From an uncultured Pseudomonadota bacterium (lineage in GTDB: Bacteria; Pseudomonadota; Gammaproteobacteria; Ga0077536), in contig CACJXQ010000005.1 in the NCBI GenBank assembly GCA_902597385.1, positions 9,074 to 73,073 on the forward strand: a DNA stretch of 64,000 nt, in the 5' to 3' direction. The position numbers and the translations under genes are program-made. The notes under the pieces are model-generated. The model searched no databases. It was not told the DNA's origin and was given only the letters and a program-made list of their open reading frames with translations. Shown here one piece after another: positions 20,901-31,430 of this stretch. The first letter of the stretch is position 1; the number at the start of each line of letters is the position of its first letter.

Positions 20901-22349
20901 ATGTCCACTCAAACGGAAAAATTGAATTCTATAGTATCTAAGAATTATGAAGCTGGTTTTTATACCGACGTCGAACAAGATAGCCTTCCGCCAGGTCTTA
21001 ATATAGAGACCATTAAGGCCATATCTCGGAAGAAAAGGGAACCAAATTGGCTCCTCGATTGGCGCTTAGACGCATATGACAAGTTCAAGAAAATGCAAGA
21101 ACCTCAATGGGCGCACGTGAAGTACGATCCAATTAATATCCAAGATATTTCTTACTACTCCGCCCCGAAAAACGATAGTGAAAAGCCGAAAAGCCTGGAA
21201 GAGGTTGATCCCAAGATAATTGAGACTTACGAAAAACTCGGCATTCCACTAGAAGAACAAAAAATGCTCGCAGGCGTAGCGGTAGATGTTGTATTCGATA
21301 GTGTTTCAGTACATACAACCTTCAAGGAGAAGCTGGCTGAAGCGGGCGTCCTATTTTGTTCATTTTCTGAAGCAGTCCTAGAATACCCAGAAATAGTTAG
21401 AAAATATTTAGGCTCTGTTGTCCCTTCTAGAGACAACTATTTTACGGCGCTTAACTCAGCAGTATTCTCAGATGGCTCCTTTGCCTACATCCCTGAGAAC
21501 ACAAAATGCCCGATGGAGCTGTCTACATACTTCCGCATTAATGCGATGAATACAGGACAGTTCGAAAGAACTTTGGTAGTTGCAGACAGGGGAAGCTACG
21601 TTAGTTACCTAGAAGGATGTACAGCACCGAGACGCGATGAGAACCAGCTTCATGCAGCGGTAGTAGAGCTGATAGCACTTGACGATGCGGAAATCAAATA
21701 CTCTACCGTACAAAATTGGTATCCAGGCGATGAAAATGGGGTAGGCGGCATTTATAATTTCGTCACCAAAAGAGGAGACTGTCGGGGCAAGAACTCTAAA
21801 ATCTCTTGGACCCAGGTTGAAACAGGCTCTGCGGTAACTTGGAAATATCCCAGCTGCATTCTTAGAGGAGAAAACTCTTCCGGGGAGTTTTATTCTGTAG
21901 CGCTGACAAACAATAAGCAACAAGCGGATACAGGAACTAAAATGGTTCATCTTGGCAAAGGGACAACATCTACCATCATATCGAAAGGCATATCAGCCGG
22001 TTCTAGTCAAAATTCCTATCGAGGCCTAGTAAGGATAGCCCGAACAGCCGAAGGCGCTCGGAACTTTACGCAATGCGATTCTCTCCTCCTAGGAAATCGT
22101 TCAGCAGCACATACTTTTCCATATATAGAATGCAAAAACTCTAGTGCGCAATTAGAGCACGAAGCATCCACCTCGAAAATCAGTGAAGAACAGCTTTTCT
22201 ACTTAAGAAGTAGAGGAATACCTCAAGAGGACGCGGTTAACCTTATCGTGAACGGATTTTGTAAAGAGGTTTTCAAAGAGCTGCCCTTAGAATTCGCTGT
22301 AGAGGCCCAAAAACTCCTTGGAATTAGCTTAGAGGGGGCCGTCGGGTAA
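20901..22349 (+). CDS. sufB: Fe-S cluster assembly scaffold SufB
   Basis: 482 aa. Typical SufB length and the C-terminal beta-helix region ([25 protein letters not shown]). Followed by sufC and sufD. Confidence 0.9.
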   Translation: MSTQTEKLNSIVSKNYEAGFYTDVEQDSLPPGLNIETIKAISRKKREPNWLLDWRLDAYDKFKKMQEPQWAHVKYDPINIQDISYYSAPKNDSEKPKSLEEVDPKIIETYEKLGIPLEEQKMLAGVAVDVVFDSVSVHTTFKEKLAEAGVLFCSFSEAVLEYPEIVRKYLGSVVPSRDNYFTALNSAVFSDGSFAYIPENTKCPMELSTYFRINAMNTGQFERTLVVADRGSYVSYLEGCTAPRRDENQLHAAVVELIALDDAEIKYSTVQNWYPGDENGVGGIYNFVTKRGDCRGKNSKISWTQVETGSAVTWKYPSCILRGENSSGEFYSVALTNNKQQADTGTKMVHLGKGTTSTIISKGISAGSSQNSYRGLVRIARTAEGARNFTQCDSLLLGNRSAAHTFPYIECKNSSAQLEHEASTSKISEEQLFYLRSRGIPQEDAVNLIVNGFCKEVFKELPLEFAVEAQKLLGISLEGAVG

Positions 22350-22352
22350 AAA

Positions 22353-23096
22353 ATGCTGAAAATAGAAAATTTAAAAGTAGCCGTTGGAAACACGGAAATA
22401 CTAAAAGGACTAAACTTAACAGTCAACAAAGGAGAAGTACACGCGATAATGGGGCCTAACGGCTCAGGAAAAAGCACCCTATCGCATGTGATAGCGGGCA
22501 AGGAAGGTTATGAGGTCACTGAAGGTGATATTTCCTTTCGAAATGAATCAATAGTAGACAAACTTCCGGAAGAAATTGCTTGGGCAGGAGTATTTTTAGC
22601 CTTTCAATATCCTATGGAAATTCCAGGAGTAAACAATGTCTACATGCTCCGAGAGGCCTTGAACAGCCAAAGAAGACACCGAGAGCAAAAAGAGTTAAAT
22701 GCCTCCGAGTTTCTGAAATTTGTAAAAGAAAAAGTGAAGTCAGTCGGGTTAAACGAGAAACTGCTCAGCCGTCCTGTTAATAGCGGCTTTTCAGGGGGCG
22801 AAAAGAAACGAAACGAAATATTTCAAATGAGCGTTTTAGAGCCTGAACTGGCGATTCTCGATGAGACAGATTCGGGGCTCGACATAGACGCACTAAAGGA
22901 TGTGGCAGAGGGAATAAATAAACTACGCACTAGTGAAAGAGCCTTCATAATTGTGACGCACTACCAACGGCTTCTTGACTATATAGTCCCAGACTATGTT
23001 CACGTTTTAAGTAATGGGAGAATAGCTAAAACCGGCGACAAAAATTTGGCACTAGAACTAGAGAAGCGCGGATACGATTGGGTAGGAGAAGATTAA
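22353..23096 (+). CDS. sufC: Fe-S cluster assembly ATPase SufC
   Basis: 247 aa. Walker A GPNGSGKST, signature FSGGEKKRNEI and Walker B AILDETDSGLD. Confidence 0.92.
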   Translation: MLKIENLKVAVGNTEILKGLNLTVNKGEVHAIMGPNGSGKSTLSHVIAGKEGYEVTEGDISFRNESIVDKLPEEIAWAGVFLAFQYPMEIPGVNNVYMLREALNSQRRHREQKELNASEFLKFVKEKVKSVGLNEKLLSRPVNSGFSGGEKKRNEIFQMSVLEPELAILDETDSGLDIDALKDVAEGINKLRTSERAFIIVTHYQRLLDYIVPDYVHVLSNGRIAKTGDKNLALELEKRGYDWVGED

Positions 23097-23098
23097 AA

Positions 23099-24385
23099 TT
23101 GAAACAAAACTTCAACCGGATACTTCTCCAGTCCCAAAGTCTGGGAGATAGCGAGCCTGAATGGCTGAAATGCAAGAGGGAAGAAGCAATTGAGTCAATA
23201 AACTCGATCGGTTTTCCGACCACAAGAAATGAAGAATGGAAATATACTCCACTAGATGAGATTTACCAAACAGAGCTCGAGATACCAGTTGATGCTGATA
23301 ACGTTCTCAGCACAGATACCCTGGAATCTGCATCTTTAGTTAACGAGCCAAATCTTTTTAAAATTATCCTAATCAATGGAAAATATTCTAGAGAGCTTAG
23401 TGACCTTGAAGTCACAAAGTCAGCCCCCAATGTGCGCCCACTAGAGGAGCTTATCGAAAATGAACCAGAAGCGGCAAAATTTCTGTTTTCATCTGACCCA
23501 AGAGAAACGTTTTCTTGGCTCAACACTGCTATGGCAAGAGACGCTTTGCTGATCACATGCCCAGAAAATAGAACAATCCAGAAACCGATACACTTGCTTA
23601 ATATTATGACAGGGAAAAGGAATAAATTAGTTTCACCCAGAATAATTATAGAAGCCAATGCAAATTCAAAACTTACTTTGATAGAGGAATTCGTGAATTT
23701 ATTGCCAGATAAATCGCTTATGAACGCTGCAACCTTTATAAACGCCAAACCAGGTTCTCTAGTAAACCATCACAGAATATCCGGATCCAGTAGCGGATAC
23801 CACGTGGGCAATCTTCATTGCAAAGTTAGCCAAGATGCTAACATTTTTACAACCTCCTTGGCGTTTGGGGGAAATGTAACTCGCATAAATATCAACGTTC
23901 GATTGGAACAACCGGGAGCTTCCTGCAACTTATCTGGATTATTCCTAGGCGTAAAGGATGAACTAATAGACCATCACACAACAATTGAGCACGCCGCAAG
24001 TGAAACAAACAGCAATGAAGTTTACAAAGGAGTGATGGGAGGAAAAAGTAAAGGTGTTTTCAATGGCAAAGTTCTTGTCGAAGAAAACATACACCATGTA
24101 AAAGCCTCTCAAAATAGTAACAACCTACTTCTCTCAGATGTTGCCGAAATAAACACTAAGCCAGAACTCGAAATATACTCTGATGACGTCACCTGTGCTC
24201 ACGGAGCAACAGTCGGACAGCTTGACGCTGATTCGACTTTCTACCTTAGAGCAAGAGGAATTCCCGAGAAAGTCGCCAAGCGAATTCTTGTAGAGGCTTT
24301 TTTAGAAGAGGCGCTTTCTCAATTGCCGGTAGAGAGCGTAAAAACCGAATTGATGAAAATTATTAGCAAGTCCAACACGCTTTAG
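23099..24385 (+). CDS. sufD: Fe-S cluster assembly protein SufD
   Basis: SufB/SufD beta-helix family, with NEEWKYTPL near the N-terminus. The longest ORF begins at TTG 23078 inside sufC. TTG 23099 is preceded by AGGAG (23084-23088), so I prefer it. Confidence 0.85.
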   Translation: MKQNFNRILLQSQSLGDSEPEWLKCKREEAIESINSIGFPTTRNEEWKYTPLDEIYQTELEIPVDADNVLSTDTLESASLVNEPNLFKIILINGKYSRELSDLEVTKSAPNVRPLEELIENEPEAAKFLFSSDPRETFSWLNTAMARDALLITCPENRTIQKPIHLLNIMTGKRNKLVSPRIIIEANANSKLTLIEEFVNLLPDKSLMNAATFINAKPGSLVNHHRISGSSSGYHVGNLHCKVSQDANIFTTSLAFGGNVTRININVRLEQPGASCNLSGLFLGVKDELIDHHTTIEHAASETNSNEVYKGVMGGKSKGVFNGKVLVEENIHHVKASQNSNNLLLSDVAEINTKPELEIYSDDVTCAHGATVGQLDADSTFYLRARGIPEKVAKRILVEAFLEEALSQLPVESVKTELMKIISKSNTL

Positions 24386-24401
24386 AAGGATTTCCTAAAA
24401 C

Positions 24402-25658
24402 ATGAACACAATGTTAAACAAGAAAGAGCAAACGCCTACTTTAAATTTGAAAAAGATAAGGGATGATTTTCCGATACTGTCTAGGAGTGTTAATAAAAAA
24501 CCCCTAGTGTACGCCGATAATGCAGCGACCACCCAAAAACCAAAAAGTGTAATTGACCGTCTCTCAGAATATTATTCTGAGGAAAACGCCAATGTTCACA
24601 GAGGAATACATACCTTGAGCGAATGTGCAACGGAAGCTTTTGAGGAGAGCAGGCAAGTCGTCCAAAGATTTCTGAATGCCAAATCAGCTAGAGAAATTGT
24701 ATTTACCCGAGGCACTACTGAAGCTATAAACTTGGTAGCACAAAGCTATGCTCTCAGGCGATTAAAGGCAGGGGAAGAAATTATTATCTCGACCTTGGAG
24801 CATCACTCAAATATAGTGCCATGGCAGACAGTTTGCCAGAGAACCGGTGCAAAACTTAGGATAGCGCCCGTTAATGATGCGGGTGAATTAATATTCGAAG
24901 AATATGAAAAACTAGTCAACAAGAAAACTAAACTAGTCGCTTTAACTCACATATCGAATGCCCTAGGCACAGTAAATCCAGTTCAAAAACTAACAAAAGC
25001 TGCAAAAGAAGTCGGCGCGGTTGTGCTTATCGACGGAGCTCAAAGCATTATTCATGCGAAGATAGATGTCCAAGCTATTGGTTGTGATTTTTATGTTTTT
25101 TCAGGGCATAAAGCCCTAGGTCCCACGGGGATTGGCGTGCTTTATGGCCGCGAAGACGTACTGGAATCAATGGAGCCTTGGCAAAGTGGCGGAGACATGA
25201 TCAAAACCGTTAGCTTTGAAAAGACTACCTACAACGAGATTCCTTACAAATTTGAGGCAGGAACACCTAACATATCCGGAGCAATAGGCTTATCAGAAGC
25301 ACTCAACTACTTTAGCCAATTCGACCTTGAGAAGGTTGAAAAACACGAACATCACCTATTAAATAAGGCCACTGAAAGAGCTTTAATCATTCCAAATCTG
25401 CAGCTTGTTGGTACAGCTAAAAACAAATCATCTATATGCTCTTTTGTGGTTGAAGGAGTGCACCCCAATGATTTGGGCACTCTCCTAGACCAGCAAGGAG
25501 TAGCGATCCGATCAGGCCACCATTGCGCGATGCCACTTATGTCGCGATTAAAGGTGCCCGGAACAGCACGAGCTTCGTTTGCTTTTTATAACTCGCCAGA
25601 GGACGTTGATATGGTTTTTGATGCGATTGAAAAAGCTCTATTCATATTGGCAGCCTAG
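24402..25658 (+). CDS. sufS: cysteine desulfurase, SufS type
   Basis: 418 aa. PLP lysine context FSGHKALGPTGIGVLYG and catalytic Cys in RSGHHCAMP (group II desulfurase). Confidence 0.9.
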   Translation: MNTMLNKKEQTPTLNLKKIRDDFPILSRSVNKKPLVYADNAATTQKPKSVIDRLSEYYSEENANVHRGIHTLSECATEAFEESRQVVQRFLNAKSAREIVFTRGTTEAINLVAQSYALRRLKAGEEIIISTLEHHSNIVPWQTVCQRTGAKLRIAPVNDAGELIFEEYEKLVNKKTKLVALTHISNALGTVNPVQKLTKAAKEVGAVVLIDGAQSIIHAKIDVQAIGCDFYVFSGHKALGPTGIGVLYGREDVLESMEPWQSGGDMIKTVSFEKTTYNEIPYKFEAGTPNISGAIGLSEALNYFSQFDLEKVEKHEHHLLNKATERALIIPNLQLVGTAKNKSSICSFVVEGVHPNDLGTLLDQQGVAIRSGHHCAMPLMSRLKVPGTARASFAFYNSPEDVDMVFDAIEKALFILAA

Positions 25659-25664
25659 AATATT

Positions 25665-26213
25665 ATGGCGGATAACATTACCCAATTGAGACGAGATTGC
25701 CCAGGTATACTTATACCGATTGGAACAGAGGTAATTTTGAAAAAGGGAGCACAAGTTATAGTCACTCAAGCATTGGGTGGTTCTGCTACAGTAAATCACG
25801 ATGGCAACCTTATACGGATATCATCTGAAAATTTAGATGCGATTGATCTGGATACATCGAAGAATAAAACAGTATCGGAGAGTGAACTGGATGATGGCAA
25901 TATTGACATGGACTCTGTGTGGGACCAACTTCGCACCTGTTACGACCCTGAAATACCCATAAACATCGTAGAACTAGGCTTAATATACCGCTGCGAGTTG
26001 GTGGAGGATAAAGAGGGCGGTGAAAAGGTTGAAATTGACATGACATTGACTGCACCTGGCTGCGGCATGGGCCCTTTTTTAGTGGAAGACGTACGCTGCA
26101 AAATACTGGGAATACCCAACGTCAGCAATGTATCAGTGGAATTAGTTTTTGACCCACCTTGGAGACCTGACATGATGTCTGATGAGGCCCGACTTGAGGC
26201 AGGCCTATATTAA
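25665..26213 (+). CDS. sufT: DUF59/MIP18-family Fe-S assembly protein (SufT-like)
   Basis: 182 aa. DUF59 core DPEIPINIVELGLIY...LTAPGCGMG. Last gene of the suf cluster. Confidence 0.75.
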   Translation: MADNITQLRRDCPGILIPIGTEVILKKGAQVIVTQALGGSATVNHDGNLIRISSENLDAIDLDTSKNKTVSESELDDGNIDMDSVWDQLRTCYDPEIPINIVELGLIYRCELVEDKEGGEKVEIDMTLTAPGCGMGPFLVEDVRCKILGIPNVSNVSVELVFDPPWRPDMMSDEARLEAGLY

Positions 26214-26325
26214 ACCCAGAAAAAATCGAACTAAGCTAACCCGATTGCACTAGCATTCTCAGTGCCAACACGTATAATATTTTTCGCCTATCACTGCCCA
26301 TATAATTAGATAAGGACTTTCTGTT

Positions 26326-26730
26326 ATGTCAAATCAAAGAACGCTGTCTATCATAAAACCGAATGCAGTAAAAAAAAACAAAATAGGAATGATTATCGCA
26401 TCATTGGAAGAGGCGGAACTGAAAGTCATAGAGGCAAAGATGGTCACCCTAAGCGTTGAGAAAGCGGAGTCATTTTATAGCGAACATAAAGAGAAACCTT
26501 TCTTCAATGAGCTAATAACCTTTATGACGTCCGGACCCGTGGTCATTATAGCGCTCGAAGGGGAAGATGCTATCAACACCAACAGAAAGATAATGGGCGC
26601 TACTAATCCAGCCGACGCCCTTGAAGGGACTATCCGCGCCAAATATGGTGATGGCATGACCGAAAATGCAGTTCATGGGTCAGATGGACTGGAAAGCGCC
26701 TCCAGAGAACTTAAATTTTTCTTTGGGTGA
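26326..26730 (+). CDS. ndk: nucleoside diphosphate kinase
   Basis: 134 aa. Contains [11 protein letters not shown] and active-site NAVHGSD. Confidence 0.92.
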   Translation: MSNQRTLSIIKPNAVKKNKIGMIIASLEEAELKVIEAKMVTLSVEKAESFYSEHKEKPFFNELITFMTSGPVVIIALEGEDAINTNRKIMGATNPADALEGTIRAKYGDGMTENAVHGSDGLESASRELKFFFG

Positions 26731-26749
26731 TTGTGTAGTTGTGAACTCA

Positions 26750-27835
26750 ATGGAGCCCCTTAATTTACTGGATGCCGACAATTCATCTTTAGAGAGTTTT
26801 TTCGCAACTTTGGGAGAAAGAAAGTTCCGATCCTCACAAGTTATCCAATGGATTCATAAATCTGGTGTCGTTGAATTCGACAGAATGACAAACCTAAGCA
26901 AGAATCTTAGAGAATCGTTGGCACAGAAAGCATCTATTACGTTACCAGATATGTTCGAAGAAAAGCGGTCCTCTGACGGGTGCATAAAGTGGCTCTTCAA
27001 ACTGAACGACAATAACATTATAGAAACAGTTTATATTCCAGAACCGTCAAGGGGAACGCTTTGCATCTCATCTCAGGCTGGGTGCCAGCTAAACTGCACG
27101 TTTTGCGCGACTGCTCAGCAAGGTTTTTCGAGGCAACTTAAAACCAGCGAAATTATCGGACAACTATGGCTGGCAACCAGACATCTTGAAGCCATTGGTG
27201 GAAATCACCACGGCATCACGAACATCGTTCTCATGGGAATGGGGGAACCGCTTTTAAACCTCTCTAACGTGCTGCCAGCAATTAGGCTAATGCTAGATAA
27301 CAACGCCTATAACCTATCCAGGAAACGAGTAACACTTAGCACTGCAGGAGTCATCCCAGGGATAGACCGACTTAGAGAAGAATGCTTGACCAGCCTAGCG
27401 GTCTCACTGCATGCGCCCTACGACGAGCTCAGAGACAAGCTAGTACCACTTAATAAAAAGTATCCTATAGGAGATCTATTGGAGGCCTGTAAAAGATATA
27501 GCAAAAGTAATAATGACGGTGAGATTACCTTCGAATACACAATGCTGGAGGAAGTCAATGATCAACCAAAGCACGCAAAAAAACTTTTAGAAATACTTTC
27601 CGCTGTGCCTGCTAAGATAAATCTAATTCCTTTTAATAAAGTTAAGGGGATCCCTTTCAGATGCTCACCAGTTAAGTCTATTGACAAATTCCGTCAAATT
27701 TTAATGAAAGGCGGGATTATTTCTACCACTCGCAAAACAAGGGGAGACGACATAAATGCAGCTTGCGGGCAATTGGCTGGTTTTGTAAAGCCCAGAATCC
27801 TTGGACGGCGCTCAAATAGCTCCTGGGCCGACTAA
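26750..27835 (+). CDS. rlmN: 23S rRNA/tRNA adenine-C2 methyltransferase RlmN (radical SAM)
   Basis: Radical-SAM CQLNCTFCAT, RSSQVIQWIH N-terminal domain and GMGEPL. The ORF is open from 26666 but that stretch overlaps ndk. ATG 26750 (MEPLNLLD) is chosen; GTG 26741 is also possible. Confidence 0.88.
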   Translation: MEPLNLLDADNSSLESFFATLGERKFRSSQVIQWIHKSGVVEFDRMTNLSKNLRESLAQKASITLPDMFEEKRSSDGCIKWLFKLNDNNIIETVYIPEPSRGTLCISSQAGCQLNCTFCATAQQGFSRQLKTSEIIGQLWLATRHLEAIGGNHHGITNIVLMGMGEPLLNLSNVLPAIRLMLDNNAYNLSRKRVTLSTAGVIPGIDRLREECLTSLAVSLHAPYDELRDKLVPLNKKYPIGDLLEACKRYSKSNNDGEITFEYTMLEEVNDQPKHAKKLLEILSAVPAKINLIPFNKVKGIPFRCSPVKSIDKFRQILMKGGIISTTRKTRGDDINAACGQLAGFVKPRILGRRSNSSWAD

Positions 27836-28600
27836 ATGAACGGAAAAATTTTGGCTAATCTTTTCTTTGTTTTTTGGCTTGTGCTATTCGCCGTGGGATG
27901 CGCGAACAAGACTATGGAAAATAGCAGAAAACAAGATCTAAAAAAGGTCTCGGCTCTCAACACCGAATTGGGCTTCAGGTACATGCAGGAGCGAGAATAT
28001 GACTTGGCGAATAAAAAAATCGAGAAAGCCCTAGCTGCCAACCCTAAAAACTCTGAAGCCCATAATGCAATGGGCCTACTGAAAAACGTTCTAGGAAAGC
28101 CCAAAGCTGCAGAGAGCGCCTTCGCAAGGGCAGTAGAACTGTCTGATAATGGGCCGGCAATATCAAATAACTACGGCCAATTTTTGTGTCAACAAGGGCG
28201 CTATGAGGAGGGAATCAAATACCTAAATCTTGCAGCAATGAATCCACTTAATAGGGACAGAAGCATCCCCCATTTAAATCTTGGAAAATGCTACAAGGAA
28301 CTTATTGACTATAAAAAGGCTGAGTTTCATCTTAAGAAAAGCCTTAGCTTCTCTACAAAAAATAAAAATGCATTAATTGAGCTAGCTAACATTATGCTAG
28401 CGCAAGGACAATTAGCAGCTGCTACAAGTTATTTTGAGCAGTTCACTAGTAGCGAGAACCACAGTGCCCTCTCACTTTGGGTAGGGTATCAGCTGGCTGC
28501 CAAAAGAGAAGATCTAGATTCTAGGGACAGCTTTCACCTTCTTCTAATGCGCCTATTTCCCGATTCCCCTGAGTCTCAACTAATAGCCTCCGAAAAATGA
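27836..28600 (+). CDS. pilW: TPR lipoprotein, type IV pilus biogenesis/stability protein PilW (PilF of P. aeruginosa)
   Basis: 254 aa. Lipobox-like LFAVGC followed by TPR repeats. Conserved position between rlmN and rodZ. Confidence 0.75.
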   Translation: MNGKILANLFFVFWLVLFAVGCANKTMENSRKQDLKKVSALNTELGFRYMQEREYDLANKKIEKALAANPKNSEAHNAMGLLKNVLGKPKAAESAFARAVELSDNGPAISNNYGQFLCQQGRYEEGIKYLNLAAMNPLNRDRSIPHLNLGKCYKELIDYKKAEFHLKKSLSFSTKNKNALIELANIMLAQGQLAAATSYFEQFTSSENHSALSLWVGYQLAAKREDLDSRDSFHLLLMRLFPDSPESQLIASEK

Positions 28601-28613
28601 GTCGAGTAAAAAG

Positions 28614-29468
28614 ATGGATAATCTAGAAAATAACGACTACGAAACGGTGATACTCACAAGAGAACAGGCCTTAATTTATTATGGCGTGGAAAGCTCAAAA
28701 CCTTTTGAAATAAACGCTTATTTAGCTAATGCTGGCGAAATGCTACGACACGCAAGGGAACACAGAAAGATTAGCGTTGAACTGTTGGGCGACAAGATCA
28801 ATCTCGGCCCAGAAATTATACGACAAATAGAGGCCAATCGTTATCAAGGGATCGGAGGCGAAGCGTTCATAAAGGGATATATAAACTTGATTGCAAGAGA
28901 ATTAGACGCAGATGGCGAGCCTGTTTTAAAAGTGTATGAAGCCCTCAAGCGACGCGACGAGCATTCTCCTGGAGAGTATGTTAAAACCAGAAAACATGAT
29001 CCATGGGGCAGTATAGTGATACTTTCCATTCTCGGTGCAGCGGTTTTGATAGCGATAGTGGTTTATTATTTCAGATATTCTATGGTTTTAGAAGAATCCA
29101 CTAATAGACTGGAAAAAAAACTGCATGATACTGAAATTTACAGCCTTGATGAACTGTCCGATACTTACGGACCAAGCTTCTCCACTCCTAGGAAAGCAAA
29201 TAATTATGAATCTGAGCTGGAAACAGGCCAACTAACTTTACGAGCTAAAGCTCAGACTTGGATAGAAATTGTAGACAATCATGGAATAGTAATTTATCGA
29301 GACCTAGTAAATGCTAATCAAACTTTTGAATTTTTGGGTAACCCCCCATACTATCTAACAATAGAGGACGGTAAAGCGATTGACCTTGCCTATCAAGGAC
29401 AGACAATCGATTTTTCCGACGCACTAGATTCTGAGGGCATGGCTCGATTCAGACTGGGCGATTTCTAG
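28614..29468 (+). CDS. rodZ: RodZ-like cytoskeleton protein (HTH + TM + DUF4115)
   Basis: 284 aa. XRE-type HTH (GEMLRHAREHRKISVELLGDKINLGPEIIRQIE), a single TM segment (IVILSILGAAVLIAIVVYYF) and a C-terminal beta-rich domain. Confidence 0.75.
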   Translation: MDNLENNDYETVILTREQALIYYGVESSKPFEINAYLANAGEMLRHAREHRKISVELLGDKINLGPEIIRQIEANRYQGIGGEAFIKGYINLIARELDADGEPVLKVYEALKRRDEHSPGEYVKTRKHDPWGSIVILSILGAAVLIAIVVYYFRYSMVLEESTNRLEKKLHDTEIYSLDELSDTYGPSFSTPRKANNYESELETGQLTLRAKAQTWIEIVDNHGIVIYRDLVNANQTFEFLGNPPYYLTIEDGKAIDLAYQGQTIDFSDALDSEGMARFRLGDF

Positions 29469-29477
29469 GAACCAACT

Positions 29478-30752
29478 ATGAGCACTAAATCTAAGTATTA
29501 CGCTGTCCGTGGGATGACGGGAAGCCTCCCCAAAGAGAACCTTCTCTGGCGAACGATAGAAGATGAGCTGATTCAAATATTAGGCTCATACTCGTTCCAA
29601 GAAATCAGACTACCGATAATAGAATATTCGGGGATTTTTAATCGTTCGATCGGTGAATCATCAGATATCGTGCAAAAAGAAATGTATAGCTTTACAGACA
29701 GAAACGGGGAGTCACTTACACTTCGCCCAGAAGGTACAGCTGGATGTGTAAGAGCAGCAATAGAGAATAATCTACTTAGTTCCAGCGCCCCATTACGCCT
29801 TTGGTATCACGGGCCAATGTTCAGATATGAGAGACCTCAGAGAGGAAGGCAAAGACAGTTTCATCAGATTGGACTAGAAATTTTTGGCTCAGATAGTATT
29901 CTCGCCGAAACGGAACTCGTGGTTATCTTTTCAAGATTTTGGTCAAATTTGGGGATATCTGATATAACGCTCCAAATTAATTCATTAGGAAATCAAGAGG
30001 ATAGACAAAACTACATCAAAGTACTTACCGACTTTTTTTCTAATCACTCTTCGAAGCTAAGCGAACATAATTTGCAGAAACTAAGATTTAACCCTCTTAG
30101 AATACTAGATAGCAAAGATCCAGAAATCATAAAACTGATCTCTGATGCACCAACATTAGATGAATTCATATCTGATGAGGCAAAAACCCGATTCACGGAC
30201 TTCAAAAATCTATTGACCATGGTCGGGATCGATTTTAAGGAGAATAACAAACTAGTTCGAGGACTCGATTATTACTCCGATATCGTTTTTGAATGGACGA
30301 CCGAATCATTGGGCGCGCAGAATGCGGTCTGCGCGGGAGGAAGATACGACAACTTAATAGGGCAATTAGGAGGAAAACATACTAGTGCAGTGGGTTGCGC
30401 TGTCGGTTTAGAAAGAGTAGTGGAACTCTGCGAACAGAAAGAATCATTGAAAACTACGAGAATGCCAAAATTTTTCGTCTTATCTACCGAAACCCAATAC
30501 TCCAAAGAATTACTAGTCCTTTGCGAAAAATTAAGAGACATGTACCCTAAAATTTGTTTTGAGCTGGATATTAGTGAAAGGAGCTTAAAATCCAAAATGA
30601 AGAAGGCAGACAAAAGCGAAGCAGAAGCAGCTATAATAATTGGGCAACAAGAACTTGAAGAAGGCACGTTGACCGTAAGGCCTCTTCGGAACAGTAGATC
30701 TCAACAGTCTTGCAAAATGTCGGAGCTGGAAGACTCCCTCAAAGACTCCTAA
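29478..30752 (+). CDS. hisS: histidine--tRNA ligase
   Basis: 424 aa with class II motifs LRPEGTAG, MFRYERPQRGRQRQFHQ and GGRYD. Confidence 0.93.
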   Translation: MSTKSKYYAVRGMTGSLPKENLLWRTIEDELIQILGSYSFQEIRLPIIEYSGIFNRSIGESSDIVQKEMYSFTDRNGESLTLRPEGTAGCVRAAIENNLLSSSAPLRLWYHGPMFRYERPQRGRQRQFHQIGLEIFGSDSILAETELVVIFSRFWSNLGISDITLQINSLGNQEDRQNYIKVLTDFFSNHSSKLSEHNLQKLRFNPLRILDSKDPEIIKLISDAPTLDEFISDEAKTRFTDFKNLLTMVGIDFKENNKLVRGLDYYSDIVFEWTTESLGAQNAVCAGGRYDNLIGQLGGKHTSAVGCAVGLERVVELCEQKESLKTTRMPKFFVLSTETQYSKELLVLCEKLRDMYPKICFELDISERSLKSKMKKADKSEAEAAIIIGQQELEEGTLTVRPLRNSRSQQSCKMSELEDSLKDS

Positions 30753-30782
30753 ATCATATAAGTAATTGAGGCAAAAATCATT

Positions 30783-31430
30783 GTGAATATCGATTCTAAT
30801 GAAGACCAAATAGTCGAGCAATTTAAAAATTGGTGGGCACAGTTTGGAAATTACCTCATTACCTTTCTCGTAATTATATTAGTTGGGGTCGGAGGATTCA
30901 GATATTGGGATACTGTCCAATCTAATAAGGCAAAGGATGCATCGGTCAGTTTTGAATCGGTTCTTGAATTATTGAATAAGGGTGAAAAGGAAAAAGCCAA
31001 AAGTTTAATTAAAAATATTAAACAAGATTTCCCAAACCTAGCTTATACCCAATTAGCTATGCTACTCGAGGCCAATATATTGGTAACGGAAAATAACTAT
31101 AAAGATGCTGAAGAAATACTGCTCGAGTTAATAGATAGTGATCCTATTAAAGGGTTGACTCAAGTCGCAGCCTCTAGACTAGCAAGACTTTATTTAGCGC
31201 AGGAAAAACCCGAAAAGGCGATGGCAGTAATTTCTGACAAGGCAATGGACAAAGTTGAAGGAGGACTTTGGGAATTACGGGCAGACATCGCGGCAGCAAT
31301 GGGAGAGAATGAAAAAGCTTTAGTGCTTTATAACCAAGCTCTAGAACAGAGCCAACTTTTAGGATATCCGACAAACAATATAATCCTGAAGAAAAATAAT
31401 CTTCCAGCCAGAAGAGCTAACAGCGAATGA
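30783..31430 (+). CDS. yfgM: YfgM-family TPR-like membrane-anchored protein
   Basis: 215 aa. GTG start, N-terminal EDQIVEQFKNWW followed by a TM segment. Conserved hisS-yfgM-bamB-der order. Confidence 0.75.
   Translation: MNIDSNEDQIVEQFKNWWAQFGNYLITFLVIILVGVGGFRYWDTVQSNKAKDASVSFESVLELLNKGEKEKAKSLIKNIKQDFPNLAYTQLAMLLEANILVTENNYKDAEEILLELIDSDPIKGLTQVAASRLARLYLAQEKPEKAMAVISDKAMDKVEGGLWELRADIAAAMGENEKALVLYNQALEQSQLLGYPTNNIILKKNNLPARRANSE

Noticed and set aside
23263-23748. 161-aa antisense ORF inside sufD. Similar shadow ORFs occur at 2263-2700 (gltD), 30272-30667 (hisS), 62703-63083 (yrbG), 61565-61912 (kdsD), 1441-1779, 21609-21950 and 11640-11990.
   Set aside because: All are fully nested in confidently identified genes on the opposite strand and show low-complexity composition with no family resemblance. 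I treat them as frame shadows.
26666-26749. Upstream extension of the rlmN ORF overlapping ndk by 65 nt
   Set aside because: The extra residues ([28 protein letters not shown]) are the ndk 3' end read in another frame. ATG 26750 gives a normal RlmN N-terminus.
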